From the human T2T-CHM13v2.0 reference genome, Homo sapiens, in the NCBI RefSeq assembly GCF_009914755.1, contig NC_060925.1: a stretch of DNA of 64,000 bases; one strand, given 5' to 3'. A model generated the notes under the pieces. It made no database searches. It saw only the letters and a list, made by a program, of their open reading frames with translations, and had not been told where the DNA came from. Made by a program: the position numbers and the translations under genes. Shown here in pieces: positions 54,460 to 64,000 of this stretch; positions within the stretch are counted from its first letter, which is position 1, and every line of letters starts with the position of its first letter.

Positions 54460-56425
54460 TTTTACCTCCGGCCAATCTCTAATTGCTGGAGTGCTAAAGA
54501 GCTTGAGCTCTTTTTCTTCTCTATCTGCATTTTATTCCTGAATGACCTAATCTAATTACATTGCTTTAACTCCTTCTGTATAACTTTATACCTCCAGCCC
54601 TGACTCGTACCATGAGCCTCTGACTTGTATATTCCATTACCTGCTTGATATTTCCATGTGGATGTATAATAATTATCAGAATTAGGTACAGGCTCAAAAC
54701 TGAATTTTTTTCTTCACATCTGTTCTACATTCCTCCTCGTTCCTATAAATGGTATTGCCATTCACTCAGTTTCTTAAGTCAAAAACCTAAGATGCATTCT
54801 AGACATTTCTCTGTCTGCCTTCCTCCACATTCCATCTGCCATCATGCCAGCTGGTTATATCACCAAACCTGTCCACTTCTCTTGATTTTCCTTGTTACTC
54901 TAATCCAAGACACCATCTGCTGTCACCTACATTCTCCACTGGTCTCCTGCTTCCACTCTCATCTTCCAGCCCTCACCCTCATCATCCATTCTCCAAAGAG
55001 ATCTCTTAAATATACAACTAGAATTACTCCACTCCCCTTCTTAAATTCTTTATTGGGCTTTCACTGCAGTCAGAATAAACACTGAACTCTGTATCATGGC
55101 CAATAAAGAACCATGCTCCCATCTCCTCTCCAGCCACCCTGGCCTTCTATTCTCTTAACATGCCTAACCAGTTTCTGTCATGGGCTTGCTTGCTGTTTCC
55201 TCTCCCTGTACGTTCTTCGGGCCCACGCGTTTCTGTGGCTGGCCATTCTTGTCTGAGCAGTCTCAGCTCAGTTGCCACCCCTTCAGAGAGGCTTCCAACC
55301 TGGCACCATAACTAATGTCAGCTCCTTTCTACCAATGATTATTGAGTTGCCCTGCCCAACTTTTTTTTTTGTCAAATCATTGTTCGTTTGTTTTGAACTG
55401 GAGTGTTTATTGCAGAAATTTGGCCAAGGTTCCAATTGAGTGACTCCAGCTGAGGTTAGACTGGGGCCCCTTGCCCAGGGCTGGGCACCTGAGACAGGAA
55501 ACAGTGAAGGGATCTGGGCCTCAGAGCTGTGAGATAGAACTGGGGACCAGGCTGCAGGTGAGGCCTGTATGGTCAGGTTCATGCAAGGCCTTCACCACAC
55601 CATCCTCTATCACCAGGAAGAACCTCTCAAGCTCTCATCCTCAAAGAGTGGCAACAGCAAATCATCTAGTAACAAATCAGTCTCCTTCCCAGAGGCCCCA
55701 GGGCTGCCACCCATGAGCTGGCCTTGGCCTTCTGCACTGTGGCCTGTCCCCACTCACCAGTCACAAAGACACAAAGACAGTGGCACTTAAACATGGATCT
55801 GGCCCCCCTTTACCTTCAGAACCCCAGCCTACTCCCCAAACCCAAGCAGGTGGGTCTTTGACAGTTGGGGTGAAAGCCCCAGGGATTCTAAACAGCACAC
55901 CCTTCTTTCCCTGGCATAGTTCTGTCAGGTCCACCTTGTTCCCAGGCTCCCTTTCAAACACCACTAATGCCAGGATAGCATCTCCCACCATGACAGGTGC
56001 CATGGCTGCAAAGTTACTGCTGAAATCGTGGGTCCCCAAGCATCCACTCTCCTTCTCTTTCTAGTAGTCACGCTGCTCCTGCTGCTGCTGTTGCTACCAC
56101 TGCTCCTGCTGCTATGATTCTATCATAGCAGCCCCAGTGAGGACCAACCCAGTTCAATGTTTCAGGGCGCACAGTTGTGCCAGCTCCAGGCTGGGCCCTG
56201 TGGCTGCGACAGTCCTGTCTCTGTGGTTAGGCACCACCTATCCTATTCAGCCTTCTTAGGGTTATCTTAGTATTTGGTATAGCTCCTTCTTTTCTGTTGT
56301 CCTCCCAGCGCTATCATGTCAGTTCCGTGAAAAAAGAGACCTGTTTCTTCATTCACAATGCACATGTTCTCAGTACCTGGAACAGCTCCTGTCCCACAGT
56401 AGGTATTTGTGTGTATATTTTATGT
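54460..56425 (+). mobile_element. L2 LINE split by the PRDX5 retrocopy
   Basis: L2 body at about 54460-55350; L2 3' end (cagtacctggaacagctcctgtcccacagtaggtattt) at about 56240-56425. Confidence 0.7.
55361..56230 (-). pseudogene. Processed (retrotransposed) peroxiredoxin-5 pseudogene
   Basis: The - strand reads MAPVMVGDAILALVVFEREPGNKVDLTELCQGKKGVLFRIPGAFTP (PRDX5: MAPIKVGDAIPAVEVFEGEPGNKVNLAELFKGKKGVLFGVPGAFTP), with ATG at 56003-56001. It is intronless through ...GLTCSLVPSSISQL* (TGA 55523-55521) and frameshifted beside the peroxidatic Cys codon (55863-55861). AATAAA at 55411-55406, poly(A) at 55370-55361, and a decayed mitochondrial-leader region up to about 56200. Confidence 0.93.
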
Positions 56426-59042
56426 AATAGATTTTTGGCTTAATTCTCATGGAGTCAAATGATGAATGTGAAATTCTTAAATGCTGAAGGTTTGCTGTAT
56501 TTAGAAGTTTTTGTTGACTGATGGGTTGGTTGGTTGGCTTTAAAGTGAAGTAATCCATCAGGTTTTATGTATGTGAACTTTTATGGAATTTGGTGAAGTG
56601 TGTGCCTGTGTAGATTAGTATATAGGAGAGAAGTTTTTATTTCTTTTCAGATGATTAGTTATGCTTTGCCAGTATTTCCTCAGAACTTCTAAGAGTGTTG
56701 GTTTGGGGGGATGTATTCAGTATTGACAATTCCACGTTTATCTACATTCAGCTGTCAGGTTGGTTATTTAACCATTCCGAGGCTTTTCTTTTCTATTATG
56801 GTCACTTAAAACAAAGTAAAGCAAAATGAAACTAGACTGTTTTGGTAAGCTTTTATTGAAATAAGAGGGGAAAATGTAAGGGGTAAAAATTGCTAAATTA
56901 TTTGAAATTATTTTTGGATGCAGAGGTTGACTTTATTGACTGAAACAGAATTTAAGTCCTTAGCATCTTATCTGGATGTTAAGAATTGCCTATCTTTTGG
57001 TTGTTTCCAGAACAATCATGTAGGTTCCTTTTTGCTTAGACTGAAAATGATTTGGGATGAAGTAAAAAATTCACTCCCTCACAATGGATTAATTTTTTTT
57101 CTCAGTGGAGATGCCATGCGGTCAGAATTTCTTGAAAATGACCCACAAGCTTATTACTAAGCAGCTTTGGGCCAATGAGCAGTCTTTTAAAGAAAACATT
57201 TTATTTATTTTTCTAATTGGAGAATAATCTATGTTCATTGTAAAGAAAGAAAATAGAAATTATGTATATTCCTACCAAAGACAATTTCCATTTTAGTGTA
57301 TTTCCTTTCAGTTCTTTTTCTGATATACTATCTTTTCTCTTCTGCTTTGAGATGTGCATTGTGACTTCCCTTTGTGATAAAGAGGATAAATCTGCTGGCT
57401 CATTTCCTTTTATAGACTGCCACCTTCTCTACCAACGAAGAAAATGTGCATTTTGGATTTTGCTTGAGTTGAAACAATTTATGCTGGAACAATTATAAAA
57501 AGTAGCATCTGTAATGTGAATTTGGCCCACTCTGTATCAGAAAAAAATAACTTCCACCATAGCCCGAGAGGAAACTTTAGGTATCTATCACCGATAGAGC
57601 CAATGCTTTTAATACATATTTCATGATCACAGCTGAGGCTTTTCCAAACTCAGAGTGCTGTATCATTCATTCACTCCTTTAAACTACAAGATTATTTTTG
57701 GCTCTTTGTGTTGGCACATAGGCCTTTCCATTGCTGATCTGCATGAACCATTTATCAAGTCAAGGGTTTAATCTATCAAAGTCAGAGTTTCTTTTTTCTG
57801 CCTGTCTCTGTCTCGCTTTCCCAGATGGTATTGTCTCATATGTGTACACTGTTGGCTTAAAAAAGGCTATTTGGAATGCAAAGGTTTATCAAGTTTCTCC
57901 ATTTTTTTTCAAAATAATATATTATGGAGCAAAGTGATATTTTATAGGCAATAATAATTATAGTGTTGATCAGGTTCTAAAACATTACATTAACTATAAT
58001 GTCCCAAACCTCCTTCTTGGCTAATATTCTGGTTCCGTTCTTGCCAGTAGCTCCTATTTTCTCTACTCACTCATTCTGAAAACTTGAATCATCTTTGATT
58101 TTCCTCTCTCCCCTTTCCAAACATTTATTGAATTGTCAAATTATTTGGATTGTATCTCCTGGATATTTCTTGAATCCATCCTCCATTGCCTTTGTGTACT
58201 GGACTCATGATGTTGCCTGTTGTCTTCAAAGAAGCAGGCAATTCATTTTGAATGCTTTTGATCGGATCCAAATATAAAGGCCAAAACAAATTAAGTAATT
58301 TATTTAATAACACTGACTCCTTGCCGCATGCCAACCCCCGATCTAGACTCTGGTGATATAGCAATGAACAGTAGGGTTAAAAAAAAAAAAAAAAAAAAGC
58401 CTAATAGAATTTACATGCCAGTGCAGGAACAGGGGAGAAAGGGACAAAAATAACACTAGTAAGTAAATTATAGGATGTTGGATTTGTTAATGTTGTTATG
58501 AGGAAAAGTAAAGGGATGAAAGGCTGCAGTGAGACCTAGGGTGGACAGGGAAGGGTTAGAGTTAAATCAGGTGGTAGGGATGATAATGAAAGTTAACTAA
58601 AACTTAAACAGGCATCATAAACAAAGAGAATACATCCAAAAGCATTCTAATTATGTCAGCTAGTGTCCTGAATCCCCCAGTCCTGATACCTAGGATACAT
58701 AGATAATGCACAGGGATCTTCGATGCCTGAGCATAACGCAATGAGAACTATTATAATAGCCACCAAGCTGTTCTCCCTCTCTTTGAGCCATTCCCTTCCC
58801 AGGTCAGCACTTTCAGCAAAACCGTATTGCGGTCTAAACATAAGAATTGTGCTTAGGAGAGAGTGCTAAAGTTGATTCAAAGAGGCATGTCCACAATAGG
58901 TAACCCAAGGTACGCAAGAAGAAATTCCAGGGGCCACAGTAAGACTCAAATCAAAATCAAGAATAATATTTAGTGAATTCTTACTGTCAAATGAAAAAGT
59001 CTAAAGTCTTTAGCCTAATATTCATGGCTCTCCAGAAAATAG

Positions 59043-59351
<309 letters not shown>

Positions 59352-59949
59352 ACCATGCTGGTTTTCCAACCTTATTTCCTAGCACTCATCTTCACATCCT
59401 TCCACATGTCTTCCAATTTCCTTCCTTGTTGTCTTTATTTGGATGGAAGATCTTCTACCACATTTTTAGGTTCCAAATTCTATCCTTCCAGTGGGACTCA
59501 GATCAGATGTTTCCTCTTGTATGAAAGCTTGACAGAAATCATCACCTCCTCTTTAGAATGTTAATAACAAACTCTTTTCTGGCATCTGGTATTATATTTA
59601 CTATATGTGTGTGCCTCAACATTTCTGTTAGACTAAAGCTCTTTGAGGGTAGCCATCTGGTCCGGCTGTTCTTTGATCCTTTCCCCTTGGCCCACACAGT
59701 GTTCAGCACAGATGAGGGAATGATAACAAAGTGCTCAGTGGTATTTTCAATGGCCTAGTTTTTCAATGGCAATTCAAAAATATTGTTGCACTGGAGTGCC
59801 TCCAGATGAAGGTCCTAGAAATGGTAAAATGTCATGAAATACCTAATCAGTCAAAGACAGGGAATGTTTAGCTTGGAGAAGAGAAAAGTAATAATAGGCA
59901 AATTTTTTCAGTATTCAGCCCCCTACCTGCCTCCCTGCCAACATACTAC

Positions 59950-60950
59950 ACCTTTTTCATTATTTTTATTAACTGACCTTCTGGCTATATTCATCAGTGC
60001 TCACCACTTCTTTTTTTAAAAAACCATTTTCTCCCCTCAGTGCATAGGGTATGTCTCGAATCTCTCCATCTCTTTTGCTGGCTTTTTTGCCCCTATCGAA
60101 TCTTTAAATGTTAGAATCTAAGCTCAGTCTTAGATGCCCTATTCTCAGTTCTGATTAATCGATGCTTGTGGCTTCAATTTTAACCTACATGGTGGAGATT
60201 CACAAAAGCATACATTCAACCCAGACAAGATGTCAGAACTTCCAACTACCAACTCAACATCTCTCTGAAAATGCTTCAGAGGACCCAACATGTACATATG
60301 GAACTCACGAAACCTTTCCACACTTTCTAATTTTAATGAATGACTTTGCAGCCTTCCCTGTATTAAGTCAAAATTCTGGAAGTCACCCTTGACAGCTTCT
60401 TCTCCCTTACTCCTTATAAAAAATCCATTTCCAAGCCTCTAGTTTTTACCTCCTAATGTATCTAAAATCTACTTAGAGATAGATCATTTCCTCATATAGG
60501 ACACCATTGTCCCTTGCTTACCTAGATTTCTGCAAAAACTAGGCTACCCCCATCCACATTTGCCTCCTCCACTCTGTTCTTCACTCCTCCACAGTTACCA
60601 TGGTGATTTTTTGAAATGCAGATTTTATTGCCTTATTTCCCTGGGTAAGAGTCTCCGGGATTCTTCTGTGCCATCTCTAAACTCCTCTGAATATGGCCCA
60701 CAGGTCTCTGCTTCATCTGGACCTCCCTGCCACTCCAACCTCATCTCATACCATGTTGCTCTTATCTTCCTTTGGTTCATCCTTCAAACATAGAGGACAA
60801 ACTGCGTCTTCTGTCTGGGATGCTCTTCTCTTCTGTTTCCACCTATTTAGATCTTTTACCTCTTAGATCAATCATCATTCCCTTGAAGAAGCACCTTCTG
60901 ATCTTCCTGAATAGATCAAATCCACTATTAGAGTCTGTACTGGCATCAGG
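59950..60950 (+). mobile_element. L2 LINE fragment
   Basis: Degenerate pyrimidine-rich L2 ORF2/3' sequence. Confidence 0.55.
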
Positions 60951-61173
60951 TTATTAAAATACATATTGCAATTGTAATTTTACATTTATTGCTGAGTATT
61001 TCTGAGAGTAGGGTAGGAAGAAGGAGAGCTGCAAGACATGAAACAAGAGAGGACCTAGGGACCAGAATATGAAGCACTTAGTAAACCATGTTAAGACATT
61101 TTGGATATTATCCTGAAGACAGTGGGGAACCATTTTAAGAGGAAATGACAGGATCCTATTAACATTTAAAAAA

Positions 61174-61630
61174 TATAGTGGTTGAATTATGTCCCTCCAT
61201 AATTTTTATGTTGAAGTATCAATCCTGTTACCTCAGGATGTGAACTTATTTGGAAATTAGGTTATTGCAGATGTAAGATGTAGTAGGATGAGTAAGATTA
61301 GTAAGATGAGGTCATACTGTAGCAGAGTGAGCCCCTAAACCAATAAGACTTGTGTCCTTATTTTTAAAAATATCATGCGGAAAGATAGAAAATCACACAG
61401 GAAGAATGCTATGTGAAGACTGGGGTTATGTTTCCACAGATCACGGAACTACCAGAAGTTAGCAGAGAGGCCTGGAATAGATTCTTCCCTAGTACCTTCA
61501 GAGGTAGCATAGTTCTGCCAACACATTGATCTCAAACTATAGATTCCAGAACTGGGAGACAATAGAATGCAGTTATTTAAGCCACTCAGTTTCTAATACT
61601 TTGTTACAGCAGCCCTAGAAAACTGATATA
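61174..61630 (+). mobile_element. MLT1B/C-like MaLR LTR nested in an antisense L2
   Basis: gttgaattatgtccc...ttatttggaaattagg..attgcagatgt...ttgttacagcagccctagaaaactgatata. Confidence 0.8.
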
Positions 61631-63009
61631 GTAAGGATAATTCTGGCTGCAGTGTAGAGAATGTTTTGGAAGTGGGTAAAACTGAATATGGTGAGACAAT
61701 TTGAGGCTACTAATATAAGAGATGACAGCAGCTGTGGAAAAGATTAGAGAACTAATTTGCAAGTAGAATCAATGAAGATAGGTGAATGATTAGACTTACA
61801 GAGTGGAGAGAAGAATGGCTTGAGAAATGATGGAGGATTTTAAATCCCATTTATTGAGTGATGACTCCCAAACATACATCTTTAGCTAAGACTTCTCTTC
61901 AGTCTTCCAGATTCTTATATCCAAATGCCAGTTAAGCTACACTTGGTTTTTCCACAGTCGCTTTGATGAATGTTTAAAGAAAGAAATTGGTAACTAATAG
62001 TTAATAAGAGCTACCATATAGATTACAAAGGAGAATTAATGTATTATTTATCTGAATAACTGTATGTTAAAGGAAGATAAACTTTCATTCTACCTGGGAA
62101 AGAGCTTTTAATCAACCATAGCTCCCAGGAATAGAATGGAATAGAAAACCTACCCTTGTGAGGTAGACTTCTGTCTCTGATTACTTCATGCAGGGTCTAA
62201 ATGTCCATAAGTCTACAACTTCAGCCTGTTTATCCTTCTTTTTTTCATTCACATGGTTCTTTGTTTACAGCTCTCATGTTGTTCTCTTTACATTCAGGTT
62301 ATATAGAGGCCTGTGATAGTCCTCATATGATGGTAAGGTTTCTCACAGCAAAGACCAAGCTTTGTTAATTTTGTCAGCATATGGTGCCTAACACTAAGCT
62401 GTATACCTAACCAGTTAATAACTGCTGCTTTGTTGAGAATGAAAAAGTTTAGGCCCCAATTTCAAATATTTTCTACCCCAACTATGTTATGCAATATATT
62501 AATACTAAATATGCCAGTCTATTTTCTTGCTTAGTAATAAAAATACAACGTGTTGAGATAAAATATTTCTGGTAGCTAATCAATATTCCAGTTCTCAATT
62601 ATCCATGCTAGATTATATTATGCATTAATTTGATTGCATGCTCTGCAGTATATTGTGTATGTGTTGTGCAAAGGCATAATTGCTCATGTTCATACATAAT
62701 AAGTAGGTTTGGGAATTTGTCTGGAGGTATATCTTAGTTATTAATAGTGATTGTCAAGTGCACATTTCAAGTTTAGAACCTCTTTGGCCTTCTGGGAGTC
62801 AGAGTCTCAATTTCAAGGAAAATTTAAACCTTTCCTTTCATGTATTCCTGTTCACTTAATCCTGTCAAAATAGAAGATTTTGTGTCTAAGAAGAAAGAGC
62901 TAGAGGCTAATTAAAGGAGTGAAGGCCAGGGTTTCATGGACCTCTGATTTCTCTCCAAATGAGTGATGAATTAAATGTAAATAAGTCAGAAACATACCTT
63001 AGGTTTTGC

Positions 63010-63470
63010 TTTTTTTTTTAATTGTTATAAAAAATTAATGTAAAATTTAGCATCTTAACCATTCTTAAGTGTACAGTTCAGTAGTATGAAGCATATTTGC
63101 ATTGTTATAAAATAGATCTTCAGAAGTTTTTTCATCTTGCAGAACTAAAACTCCATACACATTAAACAACTCCCCATTCCCCTGTCCCCTCATTTCTCTC
63201 TTGGTAACTACCATTCTCCTTTCTGTTTTTATGAAATTGACTACTTTAGATGCTGCACTACTGCATGGAACCATGCAGTACTGGTTTTTTTGGTGACTGG
63301 CTTATTTCATTTTATATAATGTTCTTAAGGATCATTCATGTTGTAGCATGTGACTTGATTTCCCTCCTATTTCCCATATAATATTCCATTTTACATATAT
63401 ACCACATTTTGTTTAACCATTCATCTGTCTATAAACATGTGGGTTGCTTCCACTTCTTGACTATTGTGAA
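63010..63470 (-). mobile_element. L1MB-like 3' end
   Basis: catcttaaccattcttaagtgtacagttcagtagtat...ccacattttgtttaaccattcatctgt. Confidence 0.8.
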
Positions 63471-63606
63471 TTTCTTTTTTAACTAAGTGTATTTGAAAAT
63501 ATACAGTTTCTGTATCAGTTCCATTTTAAATTTTCTCTCTATGAAGATGAAGGAAGAATATTTTTATACACTTGAAAACTTAAAACTCTTTGTCACTTAA
63601 GCCTTC

Positions 63607-64000
<394 letters not shown>

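Noticed and set aside
54645-55085. Longest ORF (146 aa)
   Set aside because: Lies within a degenerate L2, starts at TTG and has no recognisable domain; a chance ORF.
55761-56039. Functional PRDX5-like protein
   Set aside because: The frame shifts just before the peroxidatic Cys and the leader contains stops.

Overview
AT-rich, CpG-depleted primate (human or great-ape) genomic DNA, almost entirely intronic. One certain coding exon is present: the 195-nt, phase 0/0 exon 2 of ST6GALNAC3 (+ strand, 15745-15939), encoding the cytoplasmic RK motif, transmembrane anchor and stem of this Golgi alpha-2,6-sialyltransferase. The rest is intron 1 (upstream) and intron 2 (downstream), filled with L1, L2, MIR, Alu, LTR (MER51, MLT1, MLT2, THE1/MST) and DNA-transposon (Tigger3, MER5, MER20, MER94) remnants, plus a decayed processed PRDX5 pseudogene on the - strand (about 55361-56230). 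No prokaryotic-type system, CRISPR array or RNA gene is supportable. The best leads are: (i) a candidate 107-nt cassette exon at 11451-11557 that would stop the canonical frame yet supplies an in-frame alternative Cys-rich N-terminus (MCIVFCCTCHLEHTVYLK-RKSV...); (ii) L1-derived inverted repeats, created by twin-priming inversions, that bracket the frame-symmetric anchor exon; (iii) an unexplained 103-bp, 95%-identical dispersed duplication 2630 bp apart; (iv) a roughly 180-bp twin-primed L1 with a possible 3' transduction; (v) a CTCF motif with its upstream module. Gene and repeat names come from recalled consensus sequences, not database searches. Repeat boundaries are approximate unless target-site duplications (TSDs) are given.
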